The notes: a model not told the origin generated them from the sequence alone. Positions 1 to 10,375 are shown, numbered from the stretch's first letter. The stretch is DNA of 64,000 bases from an uncultured Chloroflexia bacterium (GCA_963768655.1 CAVYIM010000003.1:352001-416000), one strand, 5' to 3'. Numbers and translations: made by a program.

Positions 1-678
1 TACCGAGACCAATGGGTTCGCATCGTCCGAGGATTGGCTCGCTCGCTTCGACGCCGCAGGATCGAGACGGCCGACGAGCGGCTGGGGTGGCTCCTCGTGG
101 TCGCAACGATCCCGGCAAGCCTCGTGGGCCTGGTGCTCGAGCATCCGTTGCGGGTTCTGTTCGCGACCCCGGTGGCAGCCGCGGGGTTCCTCGTCGTCAA
201 CGGCGGCATCCTGCTCGTGGGCGAGTCGGTCCGTCGGCGGTCCATGGTCCGGGCCGTGGTTGCGGCGCACGAACGTACGCCGTCCGGAGATCGCCTTCTC
301 GACACGCTGGAGTTTCCGGAGGCGGGAGTTATCGGCGTGGCACAGGTCTTCGCCCTGCTGGCGGGCATCAGCCGGTCCGGGATCACGATGGTGGCAGGGC
401 TCGTTCGGGGTCTCGACCACGAGGACGCGGCGCGCTTCTCATTTCTTCTGGCCACACCCGTCATCTTGGCCGCGGGCATCTACAAGCTGCCGGACCTGCT
501 CGGCCCCAACGGTGACGGAGTCCGCGGCCAGGTGCTGGCGGGCAGCGTCGCGGCCGGAGTGGCGGCGTACCTGTCGGTTCGGTTCCTTGCCCGATACTTC
601 GCCAGTCGGACGCTCATGCCGTTCGCGGCCTACTCGTTCGCTATTGGAGTGCTGGCGCTGATTCGCTTCGGTCTGTAG
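1..678 (+). CDS. uppP: Undecaprenyl-diphosphate phosphatase (BacA/UppP), 5'-truncated by the window edge
   Basis: Frame open from base 1; motifs ATIPASLVG, AQVFALLAGISRSGITMVAG, AARFSFLLATPVILAAG and a hydrophobic C-terminus typical of BacA. Confidence 0.93.
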   Translation, partial: YRDQWVRIVRGLARSLRRRRIETADERLGWLLVVATIPASLVGLVLEHPLRVLFATPVAAAGFLVVNGGILLVGESVRRRSMVRAVVAAHERTPSGDRLLDTLEFPEAGVIGVAQVFALLAGISRSGITMVAGLVRGLDHEDAARFSFLLATPVILAAGIYKLPDLLGPNGDGVRGQVLAGSVAAGVAAYLSVRFLARYFASRTLMPFAAYSFAIGVLALIRFGL

Positions 679-798
679 GTGGCCAGGGCCGACCTGAGGC
701 TGCCCGGCAGAGACCGTCAGCCACCATTCGTTCCACCGTGTGTCAAGCAGCGGCACGTCGCGGATCGCACGCGGGTGTGCCTGCGGTCGCCGCGCGGT

Positions 799-1584
799 CT
801 ACAGCGCCGAAAGCGCGGTCACCATCAGGACGAGGCCAACGGCCAGGACGGCCAGTCCAGATGCCAGCGGGAGCAGGCCTACGGCGCGGGCGATCGAGCC
901 GCTGCCAGCCGTCAGCTGACCGCCGCGGCCGCGGACGATGACCGTGGCGATGCCGACCGCGCCGAGGACCAGGGCGATGCCCAGGCCGAACGTCGCGACG
1001 AGCAGGAGGCCGAGGGCGAGTTCGTGAAACGCGACCGCCATCAACAGCACGATCAGGGCCGTGCCGTTGGGCGCCAGGCCGCCGACTATCCCGATCGAGA
1101 TGGTGTAGCCGCGCGTCAGTTCGAGACCGGCAGGAACATGGGGATGTGGATGGACGTGCGGCTGGTCGTGGTCGTGATCGTGGTCGTGGTACGGATCCTG
1201 CGCAGTCGCCTTCGATCGTGACCGAGCCCACAGCGCGCGACGCACCAGGTCAGCCCCGAAGAGGACGACTAGGATGTCCGCCCCCAGGGAGATGTACGGC
1301 GTCATCTGGTTCGGCAGCAGCGCGTCGTTTGCCGTCAACACGAGGGCGGCCAGAAGAAGGACTCCGAATGTGTGGGTCACTGCCACCGTGACAGCGAGCA
1401 GGAGCACGCGGCCCAGGCTGCCGCGAGACCCCAGCAGCGAGGCAACGACGAGCGTCTTGCCGTGCCCCGGAGATGCCCCGTGGACGGCCCCGAGCAGCAA
1501 CGACACCAGCAGCGCGGCGGAGATCGATCCGGAACTGCCCACCAGCAGCTGCTGGTATAGCTCATTCGGAGAGGCCAGGTTCAT
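799..1584 (-). CDS. Ni/Co transporter (RcnA/HoxN-NiCoT-like) with His-rich loop
   Basis: HGASPGHGKT motif, VAVTHTFGV, His-rich loop YHDHDHDHDQPHVHPHPH, GIVGGLAP, multiple TM segments. Start taken at MNLASP (1584). Confidence 0.85.
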   Translation of the reverse strand: MNLASPNELYQQLLVGSSGSISAALLVSLLLGAVHGASPGHGKTLVVASLLGSRGSLGRVLLLAVTVAVTHTFGVLLLAALVLTANDALLPNQMTPYISLGADILVVLFGADLVRRALWARSRSKATAQDPYHDHDHDHDQPHVHPHPHVPAGLELTRGYTISIGIVGGLAPNGTALIVLLMAVAFHELALGLLLVATFGLGIALVLGAVGIATVIVRGRGGQLTAGSGSIARAVGLLPLASGLAVLAVGLVLMVTALSAL

Positions 1585-1658
1585 GTGTTGACCGCGCGGC
1601 TGGGGCAGGCGCTCGCGCAGGCGGAATCGTTCCGTCGGGAGGGGACGCAACCGGTCAC
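1581..1658 (-). CDS. Putative 25-aa Cys-rich leaderless leader peptide (MTGCVPSRRNDSACASACPSRAVNT)
   Basis: TATACT (1671-1666) + 7 nt + GTG; its TGA overlaps the transporter ATG (ATGA). Translation is unproven. Confidence 0.35.
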   Translation of the reverse strand: MTGCVPSRRNDSACASACPSRAVNT

Positions 1659-1959
1659 GGATGTGAGTATAGATTCGATCGGCCCAAGCCCATGCGTCCG
1701 GGAACTGGCGTGGCAACCGACCAGGCTTCGCCTGGAGTGGCCCAAGTCAAGTCTGGAAGTTTGCGGCAAGCCCGCTCGCACCGACGTCGGAGGGGAAGCT
1801 CGCGCCCACCACCACGAGCCGCGCCACCCCCGCTGGATTCGGTCAACGCCCGTATTCTTCACCGTGGAATGGCGAGGCGATTCTGATGTCCGCGTTCCCA
1901 GTCGTTAGGCAAGGCCAGGCGTCGGGTCGAGCTTCCGCCGTGGCGCCCGTTGCGGCGAC

Positions 1960-2925
1960 GTGCCTCCTGGCTCACGGACCGCTGCCGCCGATGGCGCTTG
2001 GCCCGTGGCTGTGATGAGGCGTCACGGTCTGGCCTCGATGGCGATCGTCTGCGGCCTGTCCGTGGTCGTGATCGCCCAGCGCCTTGCGCCAATCGGCGGG
2101 CCTCCCCTCTACGACGGGGTGGTGGTCGCCGACCCGTACAGATGGCTCTCGCCGCCACCGGGCCTTCTGGGCGGTGCCAAGTCGGTGACGCAGTCCGTCC
2201 CGCTGGTCGCGAGCCAGGATGGAGAGCTCGCGATCGGCACGCTCGAGGTGCCGCCGCAGGCCCAGGTCATAACCGACTTCGGCTCGCTGGATCTGCCTGC
2301 GGACTCGACTGCCGTCACGGTTTCGGTCGCGCCCGTACCCCCGCCCGAGGTTCAGCCGACAAAGGGCGTGATAGCGGGCAATGTCTATCGGCTCGCGGTC
2401 ACCAATCAGAAAGGCGAAGTGGTCGCCGTCAAGGCGGGCAACAAAGTGACGGTGCTCTTTCGCGGGCCGACCAGCCTCCCGTCAGCCACGATCGAGGTCT
2501 TCTCGGGCAGCGCCTGGACGGCCGAGCCCACCAATTCGGCGGGCATCCCGGACATGTTCACAGCGGTTGTGGGCACCTTCGGCGACTTCGCGCTCGTGGC
2601 GCCATCGGGTTGGGTCCCGGCCGGCGAGCGCGCCGCTCCGTCTGCCGCGGCCGGATCGACCGGGACGGCGACCGCCACGGCCGGTGTCCCAGCCGCGTCA
2701 GCGCCGGTCGCAGCGACGGCGGTAGCCTCTGAGGGGGCAGTCGAAGCGGCGGGCACAGCGGGCCCGCCGGAGTCGGCCGGGCCAGCCGACGCCGCCACGC
2801 CCACGGGCACGACAACCCAGTCGGGCCCGCCATTGGCGCCTATTGCGGCCGTGGCGATCGCCCTCCTCGTCGTCCTGGCTGCCGCGGTCGTGTTCCTGCG
2901 GCCGGTCAAGCCGCCGAGCGATTGA
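1960..2925 (+). CDS. Hypothetical exported protein with Ala/Thr/Pro linker and C-terminal membrane anchor
   Basis: Signal-like N-terminus, beta-rich domain (PPLYDGVV...PYRWL), low-complexity linker, C-terminal TM helix plus basic tail. The start may be about 2014. Confidence 0.7.
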   Translation: MPPGSRTAAADGAWPVAVMRRHGLASMAIVCGLSVVVIAQRLAPIGGPPLYDGVVVADPYRWLSPPPGLLGGAKSVTQSVPLVASQDGELAIGTLEVPPQAQVITDFGSLDLPADSTAVTVSVAPVPPPEVQPTKGVIAGNVYRLAVTNQKGEVVAVKAGNKVTVLFRGPTSLPSATIEVFSGSAWTAEPTNSAGIPDMFTAVVGTFGDFALVAPSGWVPAGERAAPSAAAGSTGTATATAGVPAASAPVAATAVASEGAVEAAGTAGPPESAGPADAATPTGTTTQSGPPLAPIAAVAIALLVVLAAAVVFLRPVKPPSD

Positions 2926-3188
2926 CGAGGCAGTGGGGAGGTTCCATACGTCCGCGCCCACGCCGCCTCCGCGGAGTCGTGTGACCCGGAAGCGCGCCCT
3001 CGCCGCCAAGATCAGATCGTAGTAGCTGTTCGGGTTGTACGGCGCGCATCAGTTGTCGGACCGCCCGATGGCTTGTCGGTCCCCCTGATCGGGCGCGCAG
3101 CGGCGGCCAGAATGGCTACGCTGTAGCCGAATGGAGGCAACGGGCATATGGCAGGCGGCCTCCGTGTCCAGCGTGGAAGGATCGCTAG

Positions 3189-3425
3189 ATGGCGACGACG
3201 GTGCACGAGCGCCTTACGTTCTACTGCGGTGGGCAGACAGTGGTCTGCGACAGGTTGGGAGCGCAGCGCGTCGACGCGCTGCGGATACAGGCGAGCCTGA
3301 GCAAAGGGCCGCTGATCGTGGATGAGTACGAAGGCGGCCCGCGGTGGATGTTCCCGGTAGAGTCGACGGCCGTGAAGTACGAGACGATTCCGGAGCCTGA
3401 CGGGTCCCTGCTCGCCCGCCGCTGA
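3189..3425 (+). CDS. Small hypothetical protein (78 aa)
   Basis: Protein-like composition and GC3 bias; GGAAGG SD-like sequence upstream. Confidence 0.5.
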   Translation: MATTVHERLTFYCGGQTVVCDRLGAQRVDALRIQASLSKGPLIVDEYEGGPRWMFPVESTAVKYETIPEPDGSLLARR

Positions 3426-3565
3426 ACACCGAATAGGTCTGTTGAGGGGCCGCTTGAGCCGCGGGCAAGCGGCGGATCTTGGGTTCGCCCTGCCCGCCGC
3501 TCCGCTGGTCGATTGGGACTGTTCGATGCGAGAAGAGACTCGAATGTGCCGCTCGTGACTCGACT

Positions 3566-3596
3566 GAAAAGGCCCCCGGTTGCTCGGGGGCCTTTC
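3566..3596. terminator. Intrinsic terminator-like hairpin, possibly bidirectional
   Basis: GAAAAGGCCCCCG-loop-CGGGGGCCTTTC between convergent ORFs. Confidence 0.7.
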
Positions 3597-3613
3597 GATA
3601 GCTGCGGCGAGGA

Positions 3614-3800
3614 TCAGTGGCCTGCAAGCGCCGACACCAAGCGAGCGGCCTCGATCGTGCCCAGGCCGCTGGCCAGGTCGTAGTCAGGGCCGGCGTTGTA
3701 GCCGATGACCGTGTAGGTGTTGCCGTCACTATTGGTCAACGGCCCGTAGGTGTTGTTGCCGATGGTCACGTCGACGATGCTGCTCGAGCGACTGTGCAGC
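3614..3800 (-). pseudogene. C-terminal remnant of an S53 (sedolisin/kumamolisin-like) peptidase
   Basis: IVDVTIGNN...GYNAGPDYDLASGLGT matches the Ca-binding C-terminus of S53 peptidases; no catalytic domain is visible upstream. Confidence 0.6.
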
Positions 3801-4149
3801 AGGTCGTACGGCGCACGCCCATCCGTGATCGGCCAGATTCGCTGGCACCTATGGCCCCTGAGTTCGACATTCTCTCCTCCTGCGGGTGCATGGACACCCA
3901 TGAAGCTGGCGCGGGTCGCTCTCGCGCCTGGGATGGAGACCACGTCGGGTGGCCGGGGCCCGTACGCATGCTACTGCCCCAGGCCAGGAGATACGAGACG
4001 TCCTCGGCGCCGCGTAGGAGCGTGAGTCTGCGTCCTGCGGGCGCCGCCGGGTGGCGCGTCGCAGTCGGCGCAACTAGGGGGACTGGCCAGATCTCCAGCC
4101 GTCTGAGCTTCCCGGCGGCGCCGGTTTGGGCGTTCCGATTCGCCGGATT

Positions 4150-4773
4150 TCAGCTTTGTACCGGCGCCCCGTGGCCTGGACAAAGCAGTTTGGTCGGCAG
4201 CGCCCTGATCCGTTCGGCGGATGCCTGCGCTTGAGCTCGGTCGAGCGCAAGACGCGGCCTCGGCGGGCGAACCTGCCCGTGCTTGTCGCCGAGGAGCGCG
4301 TCTCCGGAGAACACCACGCCGTCCTCGCGGCGCAGAACGATGCTCCCCGCCGTGTGCCCTGGCACGTGCATCACCTGGAGGCCCCCGATCGTGTCGCCGT
4401 CCTTCAGGAGCAGGTCGGGCACGACCGATCGAGGCTTGAGCAACCGATAGAAGGCGGCCATGGCGAGCCCCCCTTTCTGCGGTCGCTGTTGGCCTGCCAG
4501 TATCGGTCCGTCCAGTTCGTGAATTGCAACCCGAGCTCCGGTCAGCTCCTTGAGCCTGGCCGCGCTGCCGATGTGGTCCATGTCGCAGTGCGTCAGGACG
4601 ATGTAGCGCAGGTCGGCTGGCCGGTGGCCGGTGCTCTCGATGCAGGCGACGATCCGCTTCGCGTTCCCGGGCATGCCCGTGTCCACGAGCAGGAGACCGT
4701 CGTCTAGCGTCACGAGGTAGACATTGGCCGCCCTCACGCCATCGACCTTGTAGACGCCGTCAGCGAGTCGCAT
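4150..4773 (-). CDS. MBL-fold metallo-hydrolase
   Basis: LVDTG, LTHCDMDHIG, PGHTAGS, FSGDAL, PGHG motifs; start at MRLADG, 7 nt after CATAAT. Confidence 0.9.
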   Translation of the reverse strand: MRLADGVYKVDGVRAANVYLVTLDDGLLLVDTGMPGNAKRIVACIESTGHRPADLRYIVLTHCDMDHIGSAARLKELTGARVAIHELDGPILAGQQRPQKGGLAMAAFYRLLKPRSVVPDLLLKDGDTIGGLQVMHVPGHTAGSIVLRREDGVVFSGDALLGDKHGQVRPPRPRLALDRAQAQASAERIRALPTKLLCPGHGAPVQS

Positions 4774-5003
4774 CGGCGGCATTATGGCGCGTCAGGCGAC
4801 GCCACATCCGCCAGTGACGCCACTCTTCGAGACCGGACCGCGGCCGGAAATCGTGCCACGGACGAAGGATGGCGACACCGCCCTCGCGAGTGTCGAGTGG
4901 TCACGCGACGGATTGCTTTCGGTAGTGGTCCTGGGATGATGACCGCAGGACCGAGCGAGGCGCGATGGTCGCCCGGAGGGTCCGTCGAACGGGGGTTGGA
5001 ACC

Positions 5004-6201
5004 ATGCTTCACGCGAACCGTGCGGCTGTCGTGGTCGCCCTATCTGTCGCGGTCGCGGCCTGCTCGCCGGGAGTGGCCACGCCGTCAGCGTCGCCGAGCG
5101 GCACGTCCGCCTCTCCAGCCCTGACTGCCACAGCGACGGTGCCCGCTGCCCAGACCTCGGCGCCGGCCGCCACGGCCACCGCCACGGCCACGTCTGCGCC
5201 GACCCACACGCCGGCGGCAACGCACACGCCTGGCCCGACGCCTCCCCCAGTTCAATACCTGCTCTACAACAGCTACAAGAGCCTTCCCGACGATGTCTCG
5301 GAGCCCCAGGCGTTTCTGATCAAGCCGGACGGGACCGGCGCGCACGTGATCGTCCAGACCGCGGCGTTGGGACCCTTGAGCCCGCCGCGCTACTACCTCG
5401 ATGCCGTGTGGTCGCACGCCGGGTCGGTCATCCACGTCACGACGTACCCCGGGGCCTGCGTCCCCCACCTCTCAGACCTGCCAGTCGGCGGCGGGCCCCT
5501 GGTGCCCAAGGTGAACATGACCGACCACGACTGGAAGTTCCTGTGGTCTCCCAACGATGGCGAGATCGCCTTCGAACACTTCCAGGTGGACGAGATATGC
5601 GAGCAGGACGGCCTGACTCTGAAGAAAGACCTGAAGGTCATGAACGCCGACGGATTCCGGCCTGAGGACGGTCCGCACGGACATCCCCTACACGATCGTC
5701 GCCTGGCTGCCGGACGGATCCGGGCTGCTCGGGGTGGACGATTCCGGCGCGTACCTGGAGGTGAGCCTCGTCGACGGATCGACCACTTCGCTGGGCTTCA
5801 GTGCCGACGGGCAGCCGGATGTTACGGGCTATGTGGCGGTCCCGGCCAGGGTTTCCCCGGACGGCTCTCACATCGCCTACCTGAAGGGAGGCGACCTGCA
5901 CGTCCGCGGCATCGACGGCAGCGGCGACAAGGACTTCGGCCCGGCCACCGATTTCGCATGGCGACCCGACAGCGGCGCGCTCGCGGTCTTCAGCGGCCAC
6001 CTTGCCGTGGTGAACGCCGGCAGCGGGGTCGTGACGGTCGTCTGCAGCTACAACGGGTCCAAGCCGAGCTGGTCGCCCGACGGCAGCAGGATCGCCTTCA
6101 TCAGGTCCACGGGCGGGATATACGTTGTCGGGGCGAGCGGTGGAACGGTCAAGGCCATGCCGGGCACCTCGAAGGCCACTTACGTGCAGTGGCAGCCCTG
6201 A
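5004..6201 (+). CDS. Lipoprotein with TolB/PD40-like beta-propeller, frameshifted near 5655
   Basis: Lipobox VAAC, Thr/Pro linker, repeats WSPNDGEIAF, VSPDGSHIAY, WRPDSG, WSPDGSRIAF; removing one base at 5655-5657 joins the two ORFs. Confidence 0.8.
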
Positions 6202-6222
6202 TCCGGCGGACGAGCCGGCAGG

Positions 6223-7386
6223 TCACACGGCTGGGACTGGCTCCATCCCGGTTCGATTGGCCGCGGCCACGACGGCCAGGTCACACACGGCGATGCCGAT
6301 GATGATCGGCCAGGCCACGGCGACGCCGAACGCGTCGCCGGCGAGCCCGAGCATGGCCGGCGCGATGAGAATCGCCAGCCCTGACCCGAGCGTGGCTCGC
6401 GCGGACGCCTGAAGCTGACCCGCCCCGGCGGTGTGCATGGCGATGGTCACTCCCACCGGCCACTGGACCGAGACGCCGCAGCCACCTACGAAGAGCCCGA
6501 TGCCGGAAAGGACCGGCACGGCCGAGATCCACGTCAGGCCCGCGCCCGCGATCGCAGCCACCAGGCCCCCGGCCAGCAGCGTGAGCGGAGAGCGGCCCGC
6601 GCCGACGCCGCTGCCAACGAGCACCCGGACCGTGACCATGCCGACCACGAACAGGCTGGCCAGCATCGTGGCGTCGGCCGTGGAGACCCCCGTCCTGAGA
6701 ATGACGACCGTGGAGCCCCAGTACACGAACGAGAATTCGATCGCCACGCCGAGGACGAGCAGCCACCAGGCCAACCAGTAGGAGCGCGGAAGGCTGGCTT
6801 TCGGAGGGCGCTCGCTTGTGGAAGCGCCGCCTTTGCGCGGCCGAAGCGCCGTGAGGGCGACGACCCAGACGATCGGCGCCAGCATCGCCAGCCGCCAGGC
6901 GTGCAGGACCGAAGCGGCCAGACCGATGGCGATCGGTGCCACCGCCGCGCCGATCATCGAGACGGCATTGGCCTGGGACAGGAGTATCCGACCTTGAGAC
7001 TGCCCGAACTGGCTCAGCTGGAGGTTGACCTGAGTCGTCAGCGTGCCGCCGCCCATGCCCAGCAAGAACGCCCCGAACAGAGAGATTGGCAGTGCGGGGG
7101 CGACGATGATCAGCAGTGCCGCGACCGCGAAGTATGCGACCGAAAGGTCCAGCAGCCGGCTCGGGCCGATCCTTCGGCCGACGACGTCGGCGGTCGCGCC
7201 TGCCACCAGCACGCCCAGGGCGAGCGCCGACGCGTGGAGCCCGGCCTCGAAAGCGCTCAGTCGCAGGTCGTCACGAAGGTATGGCGTGGCGTTGCCCAGC
7301 CCGTAGAGCATGTAGCCCCACGTGGCCAGGTAGCAGAAAGTTGTCCACTTTGCGCGTGGCCGTATCCGCGGCGTGGTGTTGTTCAT
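6223..7386 (-). CDS. MFS transporter
   Basis: About 12 hydrophobic segments in 387 aa, with MFS loop motif GATADVVGRR. Confidence 0.88.
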   Translation of the reverse strand: MNNTTPRIRPRAKWTTFCYLATWGYMLYGLGNATPYLRDDLRLSAFEAGLHASALALGVLVAGATADVVGRRIGPSRLLDLSVAYFAVAALLIIVAPALPISLFGAFLLGMGGGTLTTQVNLQLSQFGQSQGRILLSQANAVSMIGAAVAPIAIGLAASVLHAWRLAMLAPIVWVVALTALRPRKGGASTSERPPKASLPRSYWLAWWLLVLGVAIEFSFVYWGSTVVILRTGVSTADATMLASLFVVGMVTVRVLVGSGVGAGRSPLTLLAGGLVAAIAGAGLTWISAVPVLSGIGLFVGGCGVSVQWPVGVTIAMHTAGAGQLQASARATLGSGLAILIAPAMLGLAGDAFGVAVAWPIIIGIAVCDLAVVAAANRTGMEPVPAV

Positions 7387-7568
7387 CGACTCGCAGTGGG
7401 CTGCGGCTGCGGGGCGTGGCGGGAGCCCCGATTGCCCGAGCGATGGGCCCGGGCATTATCCCGCCAATAGCCCGATCGCGTGGCTCACCGGGCCTGTACC
7501 CAAAGACTCAGCCGAACTGGGACGAAAGACGCGGCACGAAGACGCCCCCGTGCTCGTAGGATCCACAC

Positions 7569-8777
7569 ATGCGACGACCCAATTCGCGCCCGCTGGCGGT
7601 CGCCGGCGCGGCCGCCGTCATCATCCTGGCTTTCATCGTCGTCCAGCTCGGCTCGCCCTCCCCGGGCCCGACCGGAAGCCCCGGCGAGTCGGGCCCCGGC
7701 GTGGCGCTATCCAGCGCGACCTCGAGCCCGGGCAACGGCTCGACCGCCACATCCTCGGAAATCACCAGCGCCATCGCCGCCGCGACCGGCGGCGGTACTT
7801 CGTCCGCATCCGCAACCCAGGGCGGCAACTCGACGGCCGGCCCGATCGCGACGCCGGGAGCGACCGTGCGCGCCACGCCGGTAGCCACAGAGGGCCCGAC
7901 GCCAGTGGCCACTGCGGTCGCGACGCCGGTCGCAACTCCGGCCCCGACGCACACGCCGGCCAGCTCGTCGACGTGTCCGATGTTCCCGGCCTCGAACGTG
8001 TGGAACAAGGACATCTCCAAGCTGCCGGTGGCCTCGAACTCGGCGACCATGATCGCCGCCATCGGCCTTGACGCCCGCCTGCATCCGGACTTCGACGCCA
8101 TTGGCGATGGCATCCCCTACAACGTCGTGACCTCGAGCACGCCCACGTACAAGGTCAGCTTCGAGTACGCTGACGAGTCGGACCCCGGCCCCTACCCGAT
8201 CCCGGCCAGCCCCAAGATCGAGAGCGGATCGGACCGCCACATGCTGCTGCTCGATACCAGCGCCTGCCGGCTGTACGAGCTGTACGACGCCACCAGGTCG
8301 GGCTCGAGCTGGCATGCGGGTTCAGGGGCGATCTGGAACCTGCGGTCGAATGCCCTGAGGCCCGCCGGCTGGACGAGCGCCGACGCGGCCGGGCTGCCCA
8401 TCCTGCCCGGGCTCGTCCTCTACAGCCAGGTAGCGTCGGGCAGCATCAACCATGCGATTCGCTTCACCGCCCCGCACACTTGCGGCTTCATCTACCCTGC
8501 CCGCCATGAGACGGCCGCCCCGTGCAAGACACTCCCGCCGATGGGACTCAGGCTCCGCCTCAAGGCCTCGGTGGACATCTCCGGCTTCGGGCCCCAGGCA
8601 AGAGTGGTGCTGACCGCGCTCAAGAAGTACGGCATGATCCTGGCCGACAACGGGTCGCCCTGGTACATCACCGGCGAGCCGAGCAGCCACTGGAACGACG
8701 ACGAGCTGCACAAGCTGGGGAACCTGACGGGCGCCGATTTCGAAGTCGTCGACACCAGCGGCCTGACCAACGACTGA
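7569..8777 (+). CDS. Exported protein: Ser/Thr/Pro stalk plus uncharacterised C-terminal globular domain
   Basis: N-terminal TM/signal, long linker, then domain with SDRHMLL, YELY, WTSADAAGLPILPGL, HAIRFT, LKKYGMILADNG. Confidence 0.8.
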   Translation: MRRPNSRPLAVAGAAAVIILAFIVVQLGSPSPGPTGSPGESGPGVALSSATSSPGNGSTATSSEITSAIAAATGGGTSSASATQGGNSTAGPIATPGATVRATPVATEGPTPVATAVATPVATPAPTHTPASSSTCPMFPASNVWNKDISKLPVASNSATMIAAIGLDARLHPDFDAIGDGIPYNVVTSSTPTYKVSFEYADESDPGPYPIPASPKIESGSDRHMLLLDTSACRLYELYDATRSGSSWHAGSGAIWNLRSNALRPAGWTSADAAGLPILPGLVLYSQVASGSINHAIRFTAPHTCGFIYPARHETAAPCKTLPPMGLRLRLKASVDISGFGPQARVVLTALKKYGMILADNGSPWYITGEPSSHWNDDELHKLGNLTGADFEVVDTSGLTND

Positions 8778-8936
8778 GCGCGAACCGCCGCTCCCTGACG
8801 ACCGATCGGTGCGCTGACGCCCCACCCGTACTTTTATGGGAGTGGAGGCGCGGAAGGGTCGCGCTAACCTGCCGACGTTGCTTGCGTTGCTTTCCTGGGC
8901 CTGCCAGGTCCGTCACATCGAGCAGTAGGAGCCTCC

Positions 8937-9452
8937 GTGCTCATCCCGTTCATCGGGTATGCCCTGGGTCGTCGCTACATCGGCTATGTCGAGTGCGCGG
9001 CCGAACGCCTGACCGACCTCCTGAACCACACGGACTCGATCGTCATCCGCGAGGCCTACGTCGAGAGCTTCGAAGACGACACCGTCGTAAACCTGGGCGA
9101 CGGCGAGGTGGATCGCTCACTCCTATACGCGGTCGAAACGTCCGGTGCCAGAGGCGAGGAGATCCGCCGCGTCACCACGGTTCGCCACAGGCTGCAGGTT
9201 CAGATCGGCCCGTATAGCGCCCTGGGCCTGCTGCACGCCGCGCCCGGGCAGATGCCGCTCCCGTACCTGACGTCGCACGGCCCGATGATCCCGCTGTCCG
9301 ACGCAACGCTCGGGTTCACCGCCCGAGGGGCCCTGACGCTGCGGGACGTCGGAACTCTCATCGTGAACCGTGACCTGCTCGACTGGGTCCGGGCGAGCGA
9401 TGAGCAGGCCGCCGCCTTCCCGGGCGTGCCGGTGGTCACCGACCGCGCCTGA
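8937..9452 (+). CDS. Hypothetical protein with two tandem DUF6812-like beta units
   Basis: AGGAG SD + GTG; repeated pattern (RLTDLLN...IVIREA; YSALGLLH...MIPLSDAT...LIVNRD). Family name from memory. Confidence 0.7.
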   Translation: MLIPFIGYALGRRYIGYVECAAERLTDLLNHTDSIVIREAYVESFEDDTVVNLGDGEVDRSLLYAVETSGARGEEIRRVTTVRHRLQVQIGPYSALGLLHAAPGQMPLPYLTSHGPMIPLSDATLGFTARGALTLRDVGTLIVNRDLLDWVRASDEQAAAFPGVPVVTDRA

Positions 9453-9719
9453 CCGGCGGCGCCCACGGCAGTCGGAAGCCGGGCTGTCCGCGCCCCGACG
9501 CGGCCCCGCGCCCGCCTTCCCGCCGCTCGCACGGACCGGCCCGCCCTCCGCCCGGCGGCCGTCCGCCCTCGGCCGTCCCGCCTCAAGCCGGCACCTCCGC
9601 GGCCGAAGCCTCAGATGCGCAAGTGCGTCCCGGTATTTCCAGGGGAGGACGGATCGATGTGCCGGTCGGAGGCGCCCGGTGGACCCTCGGGGCGGCAGCC
9701 TGGCCTGGCCCTTCGCTCC

Positions 9720-10286
9720 CTACAGCCCCAGCGTCTCGCGGATTGTCTTGAGGCCGGCCACCACGTTCGAGACGTGTTCCTCGAACGGGACCCCGAGCTC
9801 CTCGGCGCCACGCACCAGCTGATCTCGAGGGACCTGTCGGGCGAAGCCTTTGTCCTTCATCTTCTTGACGACGGCGTGCGGGTCCACTTCGTCGAGACTC
9901 CGGTTGGGCCGGACGTAGGTCACCGCAATCACAAAGCCCGAAAGCTCGTCGCAGGCGTAGACGGTCTTGGCGACGAGGCTCGTACGCCGGACGCCGGTAT
10001 GGTCCCCGTGGCCGAGCACGGCCTCGACCACGACGTCGGGATAGCCGAGACGCCGCAGCTCCTCGGCCCCGCGCATGGGGTGAGTCTCGGGGAAGCGCTC
10101 GTAGTCGAAGTCGTGGAGCAGGCCGGCGATGCGCCAGGTCTCGAGCTCGGGACCGGCGATGGCGAAACGGTTCGCGCCGTACCACGCCACCGTCGCCTCG
10201 ACCGCAAGGCCGTGCTTGCGAAGCGCCTCGCTCGGCGACCATTCCGTCAGCAGCTGCCACGCATCCGCGCGACTCGGGCCAGCCAT
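9720..10286 (-). CDS. HD-domain phosphohydrolase (HDIG-like)
   Basis: LRKHGLAVE, GLLHDFDYE, H...GHG, ACDELSG; AAGGAGG SD. Confidence 0.9.
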   Translation of the reverse strand: MAGPSRADAWQLLTEWSPSEALRKHGLAVEATVAWYGANRFAIAGPELETWRIAGLLHDFDYERFPETHPMRGAEELRRLGYPDVVVEAVLGHGDHTGVRRTSLVAKTVYACDELSGFVIAVTYVRPNRSLDEVDPHAVVKKMKDKGFARQVPRDQLVRGAEELGVPFEEHVSNVVAGLKTIRETLGL

Positions 10287-10375
10287 GGAAGCCTCCTTGC
10301 GGGGAGCGTACCATCGACGCCGGATAACTGGCACGGTCCGGCAACAGGAAGGCGCGAACACGGAGGGGAAGATCG

